This document shows positions 50,901 to 62,564 of a DNA stretch of 64,000 bases, piece after piece. Every line of letters starts with the position of its first letter. Position 1 is the first letter of the stretch. Both the position numbers and the translations under genes were made by a program. The DNA comes from Haliotis rubra (Eukaryota): assembly GCF_003918875.1 (NCBI RefSeq), contig NW_025767606.1, forward strand, positions 124,001 through 188,000, read 5' to 3'. The notes beneath the pieces are model-generated. The model saw nothing but the letters and a program-made list of their open reading frames with translations. It searched no databases and was not told the DNA's origin.

Positions 50901-53900
50901 TTTAGGGCGTAGGAACTAATCTAGAACAGATACCTGTGTTCACTAGGGAGGACAGATTGTATAGGCGTCCATTCATCACAATTTGCTGTTCAGTGTTACT
51001 TCCCTTTTGTCAAACATGGATCCGCTGATCGTGGTTTGGATTTAACGCTCATCCCTGACTATTAACCATGGTTTATGGGCACCGGGCCTGCGGTTGTCAT
51101 CACCACGAGTCCCCGCCCATTAAAGCTGTTGTCTTACATAAAGGGGGCGGTGGGGTAGCCTAGTGGTTAAAGCGTGCGCTCGTCACGCCGAAGACCCGGG
51201 TTCGATTCCCCACATGGGCACAATGTGTTAAGCCCATTTCTGGTGTCCCCCGCCGTGATATTGCTGGAATATTGCTAAAAGCGGCGTAAAACTAAATTCA
51301 GTCAGTCAGTCTTACATAAAGGTGACATGTCACAGTGAAAGATGCTCGCTGTCACATAAGCCGCGAATAGCTTAAAACAACATTCACTGTCACAGTTACA
51401 ATTTTGTAACTGGAAGATTGTACATGATGTACATGAAACTGCAATGCTATAATTGTAACATTCCACTTAAGAAATATCAAATCTATTTGTGACAAATGAC
51501 ACAAGAATTATACCATTTGAAGTAAATATGAGAATGATAAACATCAAAGGAATACATCTGCTTGACAATGGCAACGCAATCTTTAAAGGCAGCTTGCTGC
51601 TTCAACTGATCCGTGATCTAAGACTACAAAGTTTATTGATATCCCAACATGTTTAACGAGATTCGAATTTATGTGTTTTCCAACAGCAACTCCGAGTGTT
51701 CCTGGTCGATCAATACAGGGGACTTTAGCAAGGTGGTGTACGTTGGCGTTATTACCTCGGACTTGGAGTACTCGGACACCTGTTCCTATGACTACATTGA
51801 GTTTTTCGATGGTAAAAACAAACATAGCTGTGTTGCATACGTACTGTTATCAACGTTAACATTAAGTGAGTGAGTTGATGAGTTTAGTTTTACGCCGCAC
51901 ATACCAATATTCCAGCATTATGACGGCGGTCTGTAAATAATCGAGTCTGGACCAGCAATCCTGTGATCAACAGCATGAGCACCGATCTGCGCAATTGGGA
52001 ACCGATGACACGTGTCAACCAAGCCAGCGAGCCTGACCACCCGATCCCGTTAGTCGCCTCTTACCACAAGCATGGGTTACTGAAGGCTCATTCACGGACC
52101 TTCACGGGTCGTTAACATTAAGCTATTTAGAATTAGATATTCAAAACCAGCCTAAACACCCTTCTCTTCAGAAAGTTCTATCCCCAGTGACTACCTCCTT
52201 CCCTGAACTTCCCACCTGTGACTATTGTAGCACCTTGAGCATGCACATTTTGGATGAAACCCAGCACAATACAAAAAGACATTAGACATTATCATTATTA
52301 TTATTAGCAAGTGAATGAGAACTGCCCCACGTGTTCTTAATAACCCATGATGTGATTTGAACTCGAATATTTGATGTAGAGATCCGCAGACATACTCGTA
52401 CTTAAAGGTCACATGCAACGTAAAACACAACTTTGCAGATTCTGATACCTTTCGGTATGGACTTACCGAAACAAATCGTCAAAAATGCAAATGCAACTTA
52501 TAAAGTTGAAAAATAACGCGATGAAAAAAACCGCGCGAAATCGGAGTTCAAACGTTTCACTAATTTTCCCCCGACTTTTCTGGGGAAAACGGGTTTCAAC
52601 AGCTGGGCTGCGCTTATAGCACGTGCGCAGTGAAGCAGGTTCGCGCAGCTTGGAAGCGGTTGTCCAGTGAATACTCTGTGAAGGCTTTGGTGTGAGCTAT
52701 TTTTCTAATGTTTTGTTGATACCTCACAGGCGCGAGCTTTTTATATGTTATGACAGTAAATTAACTGTTTATATAATTTCATTTGTCTATTTCACCACAC
52801 GTTCTTCTTACAGAGTCACTTTCTCAGTTCGATACTTAAAAGCAATGCCATTATTTAGCGTTGACAGAATTTCTAACTGTGATATAGATATGTCGTTGTC
52901 ACAGACTAAACTCAATGTCTTGTTTTATTGACACCTGTGTGTCTGCCTGCCTGTCTGCTAATGACAATATTCAATACACAGCTGCTATCACTGACCACTT
53001 GCAATTTGAACTTAACACCAATCAGGCTATACACCATAAACAAAATGCATTGATTTATGGCCCGAGTTCAGTCTCTGTCACATTATGGAATTACACAGAC
53101 AGGCAGGTGTGATACATGTTATGATGTCTGTTGATTTCAAAATGCTATACACAAAAAATGAGCATATATTTACAAAACCCAACATCTCTATATATACACA
53201 CAATGACCCGTGAGGGCATCTGCAAATGAACCATCCGTTACACTTGAGTGCACACCCACTCGCTCTGACAGGGTTCGGTATCCCGGCTGCTTCGTTTCTT
53301 GGGAAGAAAAGCGAAGTACACAATATTGCACTTTTGATTTGCGATTGTACGCTTATAATTTTGTTTATATGTTTTTTCATAACCAGCAATGTATATTATA
53401 TGTTATGAATAAGTGATAATTGTGTTTTAATTACGTTTGAAATTTTGGTTGCGTGTGACCTTTAACTGAACCGATCACTTTGCTGAGAAAAAGGCTGAAA
53501 ATACCAGTAGACAGTTGTGAAATAAAAATGATCTTTATAGAGAGCTAGCTTTGGGTTTATGTTGCTAATGGCGTGCTCATCTTGCCAAGCACCCAATATA
53601 AATGACAAAATGGTGGAAGATTGTTTACTCACTCACTTTATCCCATACTTTATTTAAACCATCGATATTTGGAGATATCAGCGATATATAACCTGTTCCA
53701 GCCTGTCATGTTACATGCGACTGCTACGACATTGTATTGCACGCCATGCAATCGTAAAGTAAACGCTTGTTCTCATTGGTTGGAACAGGTTACTCTGACA
53801 CAGACACATCACTTGGAAGATATTGCGGCAGCAGTCTTCCCACAAAGCACAGCTCCGGAGAAAACATGTACATCAAATTCCACTCTGACAGTTCCAACAC

Positions 53901-54746
53901 AGGCACAGGTTTTAAGTTGTCGTATGAAGCCAAGGACCGTGGCGACTGTGAGTATTGTTTATATTTTATTGTTTAATATATATACATGTATGTCACTGGA
54001 TTTTGTGGTCCTAAAATCGACTGTAACGTGGCATGGCAAGAGCACTGCTTTGCGATGTTAGGCAACAAACCTTTATTGTTCCAAGCAAATTGTGTTACTG
54101 AAGTGTGCAACCGTTCGGGCAAGACATGCTTTACATTTTCGCGGGCATCACTGATATTTAGTCCATTCATATAAGTTTCATACTATTATGTATTTTTGGC
54201 CTATTGAGCTGAGTGGAATCTGTTTTACCGGATACGTATTCAGTAGCATTAAAGTTGCAAATTTGTAAGTTTACAAATAATATTTACCGAAATATAGCAG
54301 TCAGTCGAACTCCATAATCATACGCCTATACAAAGAAGGCACAGTCACAGTTAAATGTCTCAGTGAAAAAAGCAAAATCGTAAAAATGTGAACTTAGTAC
54401 CAACAGCACACGAAGAAACACGCTCACACTATGCCCTGTTTGTAACAGTTTCAGATCTCGACCCAGTCAACATCCCTGCTATTGTTGGAGGATCTGTCGG
54501 TAGCGTCTGCTTCATCTCATTTTCCTTGGCATATTAGCAACAGCCAGGAAAAGGAATCGACCAGCGGTCACCCAAGTCCGAGACAACACAGTACACAATG
54601 TCAGTCAGGGTCCCTATGAGACTACAGTTACTCCGGCCAACTTCCAGCCACCCCCTGCATATGTCCAAGTGGCCAGTCCTCCTCCCTACCCCCAGCCAGT
54701 TGCTACGAGAGACACAGCCCCAATCGTAACCCAAGTAGCTGACTGA
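35847..54746 (+). CDS. gene C: signal + 6 CUB + TM + two PPxY motifs (~830 aa if the TM frameshift is corrected; stops at 54537 as assembled)
   Basis: 20 GT-AG exons with phases 1-(2-1-1)x6; exons 1-19 total 2206 nt with no stop. Confidence 0.9.
36449..36804 (-). mobile_element. tRNA-headed Meta-domain-like SINE
   Basis: High identity to 27485-27834; another copy at 42628-42983 (-). Confidence 0.9.
36833..36914 (+). CDS. gene C exon 2 (CUB1a)
   Basis: SCNVEILTTRSPTNISSPGYPFTDYP. Confidence 0.9.
37438..37562 (+). CDS. gene C exon 3 (CUB1b)
   Basis: NTNCWWRIDASDEDRNVIVRVLDSTIEQSHNCTYDSLSIYD. Confidence 0.9.
38222..38371 (+). CDS. gene C exon 4 (CUB1c)
   Basis: PDATGPSLGRLCGRSRTSVISSGRSIYIVFKSDSSNQYKGFLLQF. 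Confidence 0.9.
38780..38855 (+). CDS. gene C exon 5 (CUB2a)
   Basis: CGGELTATPEETVFQSPGYPYEYV. Confidence 0.88.
39018..39305 (+). mobile_element. 5'-truncated 3'UTR copy of the I/Nimb LINE
   Basis: Matches 58565-58838 including the GTCACGATATGG...AACTCACTC tail. Confidence 0.8.
40135..40274 (+). CDS. gene C exon 6 (CUB2b)
   Basis: EMNCTWYFTAENENDTIVMTFDEINVQQSTYCDIGSVSIYNDHEND. Confidence 0.9.
43520..43657 (+). CDS. gene C exon 7 (CUB2c)
   Basis: EQLLGQICDDTTPNLQSSRNKMRIDFHRDMDTMGIGFSLKF. Confidence 0.88.
43880..43961 (+). CDS. gene C exon 8 (CUB3a)
   Basis: SVCNLTMVSTTTPQYFVSPGYPDAYD. Confidence 0.9.
44255..44502. repeat. 53-bp minisatellite (4 units) inside a Harbinger-type MITE end
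   Basis: GTAACTCCCATA recurs at 44275, 44328, 44381 and 44434; ends in CGCTTTGAGGAACGGGGCCC like the MITE at 62254-62360. Confidence 0.85.
45194..45318 (+). CDS. gene C exon 9 (CUB3b)
   Basis: DLECVWIIVAVVQPYVQLDVIDAEIEGPYPSCSNDSVTVYG. Confidence 0.9.
45625..45780 (+). CDS. gene C exon 10 (CUB3c)
   Basis: MNLSSNGLGTFCGNATPTYTSPNQFLVVKFKTDDVIEDKGFRIKY. Confidence 0.9.
46258..46339 (+). CDS. gene C exon 11 (CUB4a)
   Basis: QCGNTSLSAQTTHKFLQSPAYPNHYQ. Confidence 0.9.
46997..47121 (+). CDS. gene C exon 12 (CUB4b)
   Basis: NDLCIWTMTASSSNSMVRIVVLDSVLEGGNNCPFDSVTVYD. Confidence 0.9.
47448..47597 (+). CDS. gene C exon 13 (CUB4c)
   Basis: TSIHSNVITVWCNTMTPTVQSTGHAMTLKFKTDGSNTFRGFRLKYFETT. Confidence 0.9.
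48670..48754 (+). CDS. gene C exon 14 (CUB5a)
   Basis: PLPCGGHESASSYDQYLTSPGYPRDYP. Confidence 0.9.
48974..49089 (+). CDS. gene C exon 15 (CUB5b)
   Basis: NKDCTWTVNTDFTQIKINVLDSEMEGLSCAGDNVKIID. Confidence 0.9.
49632..49784 (+). CDS. gene C exon 16 (CUB5c)
   Basis: DGVSLIGELCGSNTPTIYSSGSSATIRFHSDSSTSGRGFKLAY. Confidence 0.9.
50070..50148 (+). CDS. gene C exon 17 (CUB6a)
   Basis: CGQEDITADIWSDYLTSPNYPYHYP. Confidence 0.9.
51687..51811 (+). CDS. gene C exon 18 (CUB6b)
   Basis: NSECSWSINTGDFSKVVYVGVITSDLEYSDTCSYDYIEFFD. Confidence 0.9.
52406..53461. mobile_element. non-autonomous Kolobok-type DNA transposon
   Basis: TIRs AGGTCACATGCAAC / GTTGCGTGTGACCT, TTAA on both sides, no credible ORF. 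Confidence 0.82.
53789..53947 (+). CDS. gene C exon 19 (CUB6c)
   Basis: YSDTDTSLGRYCGSSLPTKHSSGENMYIKFHSDSSNTGTGFKLSY. Confidence 0.9.
54455..54746 (+). CDS. gene C exon 20 (TM + tail, frameshifted near 54516)
   Basis: NIPAIVGGSVGSVCFI, then in a shifted frame IFLGILATARKRNR...QPPPAYVQVASPPPYPQP...VAD*. Confidence 0.8.
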
Positions 54747-56321
54747 GATCATCAGATAATAATCGGCAATACACTGGCACACAAATTCAGACTCAATTCT
54801 GAAATATATTCACTAGTACCTGCAAGTATTTATCTAACAATGTCTTGATTAAGCATTATCTAACAAACATGTTAGCCGTAAATTGTATTTTCCTATTACG
54901 GTTTTCAATACCCGAACATCGGAAAGAAATGTGCTTTTTCCTACATTTGTAACGAAACGTCATTTGTTATGAAAATGTCTGGTAAAATATAGTATATGCT
55001 GCAAATGCCAAATGTTAATCAAAAAAATTAATTGTTTACGTTGAAATACTAATTACCACATTTTCGACATTGGGACTGAAAAATACATATGTCAGTTTCA
55101 AATCAGTTATTCAAGCAGTTTGTGAGTCTGCTTTTGTACATTTTGATTCAGATACTCATGTATTGAGTCATAGACTGATGTTTACATATTATCACAATGG
55201 GATGTGCAATAAAGAACATGTAATTTCGGTTTCGTTCATGTGTAACATGATCCAGTGTACCACATACCTTGAACTATATAACTACGTGTAGCATTGCGTT
55301 ATTGTCTGTCCCCACTTTATGAAGATATTGCTACTTCTTAAATGTATAAAATATATTTCATAAAATAATAAAACAATCTTAAAACTTCACTTGGTCAACG
55401 CACACAAGAACGTAATTAAGGAATGAATATAAACGACTCATGATCGCCAATGTATGACGATTTTGCGAAATTGTTGTCATATCTTTACCTGTAAGTGATA
55501 AGATGAGATATAAGACTATTATCATTACAAGTACATTTGGCAGACTAGATTAGCACCAAAATGTGAAAAGTGATATATCATTACACTAGGTTATGAGTAG
55601 GAATATACGACACAAACGCAGTTGGGGGCCAGAGGGTAGAAATTGATTAATGGTACCGATGCTGCTTCATTTGCAAACATAATAAATCCGACCGCCTCCG
55701 AAAATGCATTTGTAATTAAATAATCAGGTAGTTTGTTGCGAAACAATAAAGTCATACTCCAAACTATGTCTTATCAGTTGTTTTTGTTCTTGGCTAATCG
55801 TGTGGCTCTATCAGATAATGTGTCTATTTCAAAGTGGCATAACTAACTCAGTCACTGGCTGTACAGTTTCATGATCAATGTCATGTTCTGTGTTTGTTCC
55901 GCAACTTCATTGGTAATCGTCCTTTTCAAAGTGTTGTGAACTCAAAAAACGAATCATTTTCTCACAACTCCTATTTTGTTTCAATTCACTTTTCATTCAG
56001 TAAAACCCTCACTATATTTCTGAACTGAATCATGAACCATTCCAGCACTATGTACAAGTAGTTTTACATCGATGTTTTTGGTTGTTGTTTGACGCCGCAT
56101 TCAGCAATATACCAGCTATGCGAAGGCGGTCTGTACGTAATCGAAACTGGACCAAACAATCGAGTGATTGGCGTTATGATCGATATACGCAATAGCTGTA
56201 CGATGACATGCGTCAACCAAGTCACGAGCCTGACTGCCCGATCCCGTTACCTCTTACGACAAGCATAGGTAGCTGAAGATTAATCCTACCTGTATCTTCA
56301 CGGGTCGGTTCTCAAAGAGCC

Positions 56322-56380
56322 GGCACCCATGAAGGGCCACCTCCTCGTGGTGGGTGCTGGGTCACGCTAAGCGCCCTTCG
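56322..56380 (+). ncRNA. minimal HDV-like self-cleaving ribozyme at the LINE 5' end
   Basis: P1 GGCACCC/GGGTGCT, P2 GAAGGGC/GCCCTTC, P3 ACC/GGT, L3 TCCTCGT, P1.1 CC/GG, J4/2 GCTAA. Confidence 0.8.
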
Positions 56381-58838
56381 ACCCCCGTTGTGGACCCGGG
56401 GGGATATTAGGTCCACCAAGCCGTTTGCCGTGGGTTGCGCCCCTGTGTCGGTGGAGGACGGGAGGCTGGTGGTTGAGGGCACTGGTTCCAGGAACAGTGT
56501 TCCTTTGCCCAACACACCACTTCGCCCCTTACTTCACCTAGACGGGTGGTTGAACTGGCCCGGTTCAATCAATCGGCTGGTCACGCCATGCCCTGTGCAT
56601 AGTGTACATTTTTGCACATTTAACTCTTTTGGGGTTTTGGCCATTTTTGATTGTGTATTTATAAATTATTGTTCTATTTAATTGCCTAGAGTCCTATGCC
56701 AGGAGGCGGTGGCTCATGGGCCAATCTGGCACTATTGACCTCCGGGTTCTGTTTGTCTTCAGGTAAATGTCTAGGGCGGAACCAGCCTTACTTTTATTCT
56801 GTTTGATTATTATAGCTACCCGTGTCTCTTTTGCTGGAGTATAGCATCCCTGTAACCCTGGTGGTCGTAGTCGGCTTCCACTTCGACACCGTCCTTGTTG
56901 ACACTCCATGGTGGGTGGGGAGCGGGAATGTTGAATGATTTTCCTTATCATGGCAACCTTACTTCACACTGGTTCTAGATCCAAAAATAAAAGAAGACAT
57001 TTAGATACAGATACCATTTCTTCTTCTGAGGATGAAAGTGTTTCTCAAAGTAACATCGACTCATGGCCACGGTTTCTGGTGGTTAATGGCGTTGATGGAG
57101 TACCTCTCCAGATTAACCCTTTGTTGTGTCCAAGGCTGTTGACGGGATTTGTGGAGATGTCAAGAATGTAACGCGTCTCAGAAATGGATCTCTGCTTGTC
57201 GAATGTTCACGGCGTCAACAGTCAGTTAATCTTCTCAAAGCAGATCATTTTGGAACTACTGAAATCGCTGTCTCTGTGCACAAATATTTAAATTCGAGTA
57301 GGTGTCATCCGAGATCGTGCAAGGTGTCTTTCTGACATGTCCGAGGATGAGATAGCATCAGAACTCAAATCTCAAGGTGTCACGTCTGTGAAAAGGTTCA
57401 CCAGAAAAGATCAGGACAGAGTTGTACCAACGACCACTTATCTTCTTACGTTTGCGTTTCCCAAAGTACCGTCATCAATCAAGGCTGGTTATTTCAACAT
57501 CGGAGTGGATGTATATATACCAAATCCACTCCGATGTTATAATTGTCAGAAGTTTGGGCATGGGGCCAGGTCTTGTACTAATCCAATTAGTTTTGGATTT
57601 AGAAAATTTAAAACCGTTTTCAAGACACCATTTATCTATTTTATTTAAACACAGCTGCAGTTGCCGTTCAATAGTATGCATATTTTTCCCACGACAAGAA
57701 ATATTAAAATCATCCACAAAAACATCCACTTTTAATTGAAATAATCGAATTATATAATGATCTTGCTACTGGCCAAAGCGACATCGTCTTCTGTTGGTTA
57801 CCCAGCCACGTTGGCATTTCTGGGAATACAATGGCCGATCTTGCTGCCAAGGCAGCACTCAACAAATCTGTGACACCACTTCTTATTCCATATTCTGATT
57901 ATAAAGCTGGCATTAGAACTTACATCCGTGATCTGATGCAGAAGAAGTGGGACAACCAAGTAGGTATTAATAAACTACATGCAATAAAACCTTATATTGG
58001 TTACACCTACTTGGGTTGTCAGTCCAGATTTGAGGAGGTCATTATGCGACGATGTCGTATTGGCCATACGCGCTATACTCACAAATACCTATTGAAAGGT
58101 GAGGATCCTCCGTTTTGTATCCCTTTGTGATGAGAACCACGGTCAAGCATCTCCTGCTTGACTGTGTTGAATTCTCCATCATAAGGGATAAATATTTCAA
58201 TGTAAAACAATGAAGGATCTTTTACAAATGTTAGTTATCATTTAATTATTGTTTTTTTAAAAGAAATTGATTTCTTTGATGAATTCTGATTAATGTGGTT
58301 TATAAATAGATATATTTTAAAGATTGGTAATTTCGATTAGTACCTTAGATTGTTAGTGGCTGTACCCTCAAAGGAGGTTAAAGTACTGTAAAATTATTGT
58401 CCTCCTGAGAGGGTACGTAAGTCCCAAAACTTTCAAAGTAGACTTTTCACATACCAAGTTTTTAAACGTAGTATTTTTTTCATTTAGATTTTGGCTAAAT
58501 TGTCCTACAATCACCAGCGGCTGAAGGGATGGTGTAAACCAACTAGGGTCCATGCAGGTAGCAAGGTACTGTAAGTCCCCATGGACCCTAGCATGGTGAC
58601 CTACTTTCAGTTGTTGGTGATCTATAGCCCATTTTTATATTGTGTTGTCCCCTGAGGTTAAAATGTTTTAGACTCTATTACTAGTTTTATCTGTATATGT
58701 GATATTCTAGTTGTTTTACTGCCCTTCGTTGGCAGGTTTTTATAATATTCATATATTTCATTTCAATATCAAATGTTCTCGTCACGATATGGCTGAAATA
58801 TTGCCGATGTGACGTTAAATATTAACTCACTCACTCAC
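56322..58838 (+). mobile_element. I-group (Nimb-like) LINE with intact ends, large internal deletions and an inverted RT piece
   Basis: 12-bp TSD TCTCAAAGAGCC (56310-56321 / 58839-58850). ORF1 remnants WPRFLVV, LRNGSLLVEC, RCYNCQKFGHGARSC; inverted FVDDFNI at ~57586-57738; RNase H end WLPSHVGISGN..ADLAAK; RIGHT..H and TVKHLLLDC; (ACTC)n tail. Confidence 0.9.
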
Positions 58839-59229
58839 TCTCAAAGAGCCAAGCCCAGAATTACATATTCGTAAAGACAACTCATTCTTAAGGTTTAGCT
58901 TATACTGATGAGGAAATGTATGATTTGGAAAGATGCTTGTGTGTTTGGAGTATGGAGGTATGGTTAAGGAACAATTTCAATATCAGAGATCGCTTTCCCA
59001 AACTGATACCCCTCGAACATTAAGCTGGTTTGCTACGGAGTTGTCCGAAAAGCAACACTGATTCCAACTCTTTAATGACAGAGATTTATTATGAAAAATC
59101 TGGATAATACCAGAACAGTAGAAATGTTTTGCAAGTCTGTGATATCGATTTCATGATGAAATGTTGATCTCACCATTCGAAGATTCCTTAGTCCAGACAC
59201 AACATGTTTCCGAAATTTCAGCATAGTTA

Positions 59230-59606
59230 GGGGCCGTTCATAATTTATGGCTATGGGGGATGATGATGATTTTTGTGGAGAAGCATGTACAATGTAAATG
59301 ACCTACCCTAGAATATATGTACAACATAAGTACATACCCCCTGCATGTCATGTACAAAAGCAATTACCCCCCCTCCCCTTCCCATAATTTTCAAGCATAA
59401 TTTAAAACATATTTTTATGTACAAAATTGCTGACCCCCCTACTAGTATGTGTGTACAAAATTGCTGACCCCGCTAGCTCCCAAGAACAAAATTAAAATCA
59501 TCATTTTTCCCCTCACCTCCCTCTTTCTGCCCACCCCCACCCCCACCCCACCACCATCCCCACCCCATTCCCCCCACACACACACTCACAAATTATGAAC
59601 CGTCCT
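59230..59606. mobile_element. probable PIF/Harbinger-type MITE
   Basis: Imperfect TIRs GGGCCGTTCATAATT / AATTATGAACCGTCC, TTA flanks, internal C-rich tract. Confidence 0.55.
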
Positions 59607-62253
59607 TTAGGCACACTTTCAGGCGCAGCGATGACTTAGCATTACATCACTGCCACAGGGTAATTTGCGTATTATATTGCATATTCGTAAGTAAGAAGAT
59701 ACTGGCCCAACGGAAGCGATTCGGCGCGGTCTTTATAATGTTTTACATTGTTACACAAACAATCTTCTACAACTGCGACAGTAAGGTTTATGACAATACA
59801 TATTGCTATATCAAAGGGGCTAGATCGTTTGCTCTCAGTAAGGCTTCGATGACAGCACGTGGAACCGTACAACTCATGTAAATAAAGGATCGCTGCGGAA
59901 ATCGAAATAGTGTTACCCGTTTTAGGATATTTTCTCAGTAAAACTAAACCATTCTAACAATGATGTTTAATTAGATGTGTATACTCATCAAAAATAAAAG
60001 TGTTAAGAAATATGTATATTATATTGAATGGACTGTGTAATCGTCACATCTTTCTGGCCTGTGGCAGAGGTACTATGCTGGCTGGGCATGAGAGTGCATG
60101 GTTAGCTGGGTATGAGAGTGCATAGTTAGGATGAGCTTTTAAAGTGAGTTAACTCCCTTGGCTCGGTAGGCTGTTTCGCCGTGGATATCGCTATGTTTGT
60201 GCATTGAGTGTCACCCGGTTTATCGTATTGACCTACTGACGCTGTCCAGAATGTATGGTAGTATGGCCAAAGATCAACGCTGTCAGGTTACGACTAAACA
60301 AATAAGGGAGATAGAGAGACACAGGTATCTCAACATCAATGATAATGAACAGGGGTTAGTCGGTATAGCATCACAACATACTGGTACATCACCCTTTCAC
60401 CATGCTATTTGTATGTAATACACACCTAGTTGTCTATGATAAGATTACAAACGTATGATACTGTACGTACTGTGAGTTGTGAGTCTGAATAACACAAAAT
60501 AATACTGATTTTAGTGGAAAAGTTGAAGTTGTTAATTTTGAGGAATCAAAAGACCCGACAAAACTATATTGACTATTTTAAGCAAGATCCGTGCAGATCT
60601 GGGATAGATCGGTCTTCAGCGACCTATACTTGAGTTATCTGGTTATCAGGGCTTCGCTGGCACAATGGATGCGTATCACCGTACCCTTAAATTGTGGCCC
60701 AATAGCTGGAATATCCGGTCCGGTGTTACACAATAAACAACCCACGGATTGTGTCAGCGGTGGGTATAGTCGACAGGGTATGACGTATGTCGCCGACAGC
60801 CTTCTATTTCCCTTCTATTTCAGGGCTGCTTCTCCAATGGCTATATGTCGAGAGTTGTACGTGCCACCCGCATTCGGCTACCCGCCAAATCTCGTGCGTT
60901 TCATGCCTGTGACGTGTGACACTTCCATGTCACCATCCGACCATGTCGGACGTACACAACATCTTTCTCATGTTGTAATCTTCGTATTTCACAGGTAAGC
61001 ATCCTCTCTACATATATTCTTTCTACATCTATATCATAGCTAGTGGCGACATCTCAAGACCAGAAACCGCAACACGTATTTGCTATTTCTAGCGCCGCTC
61101 TGGTATCATCACGGACTTTCAGTGATAACATTCACTGATTTATACGTCAAGTGACCATTGCGAAATTAAATCTCGGACTTGTTTCCGCTGAATATAGAAA
61201 TTGTTCTGTGGCGTTGAGGTTCAACATTAAACTAATTTAAATACATTCAACTTTTAATCGTAATGACAAGTACTCTCTTGTGTAATAACGACTGACAAAT
61301 AACAGAACAAATACAAGATGACACTGAAAATGAAGTTTTGTTCTGTATCAGTTGTTAAAAGTGGTGTAGAATTTCAGCATTTTCGGGAATGTCATAGCGA
61401 TTGAAGATAGTCCCAAGATAGTTACAAACCTTTTTGATTGAAGACATTAGCCACGCTCAACAATTTTCAAGTCAAGTTGTATCTCGTAAAACAACTTGAT
61501 ATGTTTTCAAGACGAACGAAACATGAAAACTCAATGCATCAAGCATCAGCCCAAATCGAAACATCAGCAAACTGCCCTTACGATAGCCTTTTAATATCAT
61601 TTGGTATTAATAGTCGATTTAATGTATTTGTTTGTTTGTTCACTCTCACTCAACAATAGTCCAGCTACATGACGGCAGTCTCTACATAACACAGTTATAC
61701 ATGCGTAACCCAATCATTTGGCGTATCCTCGTGATGCCATTGTGACAGGCATGTCAGTATAACTCCGACATAAAGCCCTTTATGATCGGACCAGCATAGT
61801 AGCCAGAGCAGTAAATTCACGTACACAAGCTGGTTAGTATGATCTGAAATTTCATTCTTGTTTACTCATGCAGTAAGTATCTCAAATATACAACTTATAT
61901 GGCGTATATGGCCATCCGTAGTTTTTATGGTTTACCATGTCCCTGGAACCAGTAAGAGAGCGAGCGGGCTAACAATAAAAGTAAAAACCATAAAATAATG
62001 ATTAATAATAATTGTTTTACTGATTTCATTTTATTTTCAGCTTAATTAATAATCTGGTAATAGTATTCAAATTCGGAACCAATTTTAAGTGTCAGAGTAT
62101 ATTAACACCACATGAGGACATGCATTTCCACAGCGGCGGGACAGAGTAGATATGGAAACTTTATGACGAATTCGAAATGCCGAATACAGAAAGAAAATAT
62201 ACAGATAACGTAAGATCAACACAAACTTGTAGTGGCACGTAGCTCTCGACCAG

Positions 62254-62360
62254 GGCCCTGTTTCACAAAGTGATCTTAGCCCTACGACTGCCGTAACTCA
62301 ATGTTAAGGTATAGGAGCTACGATAGTCGTAACGCTATGATCGCTTTGTGAAACGGGGCC
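62254..62360. mobile_element. 107-bp Harbinger-type MITE
   Basis: TIR GGCCCTGTTTCACAAAG / CTTTGTGAAACGGGGCC, 3-bp TSD CAG. Confidence 0.75.
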
Positions 62361-62564
62361 CAGAGTTTGATATGTGAGTGATACAGCACAGTGTCGAGTA
62401 TCATTGATATCATGTGATAGCGGGTCACAGATAGTCATGTGACTCATTGACGCTAAGGTTTAGACTTCATAGGTTTCACAATAACAGGACATTCATTTAG
62501 TTTGATACATTACTGAGCGGTGTACCTACAGACAAAGTGGACTACGTATTAGGGTGACAGAAAT

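Noticed and set aside
35847-54746. Assigning a gene symbol (CUBN, TLL/BMP1, NRP, CDCP1)
   Set aside because: No EGF, astacin, FA58C or MAM domains are present and orthology cannot be shown from the sequence alone.
60591-60998. 135-aa ORF ending at a CAG/GTAAGC donor-like site
   Set aside because: No recognisable domain and no paralogous match in gene C; at most a possible non-coding upstream exon of gene D.
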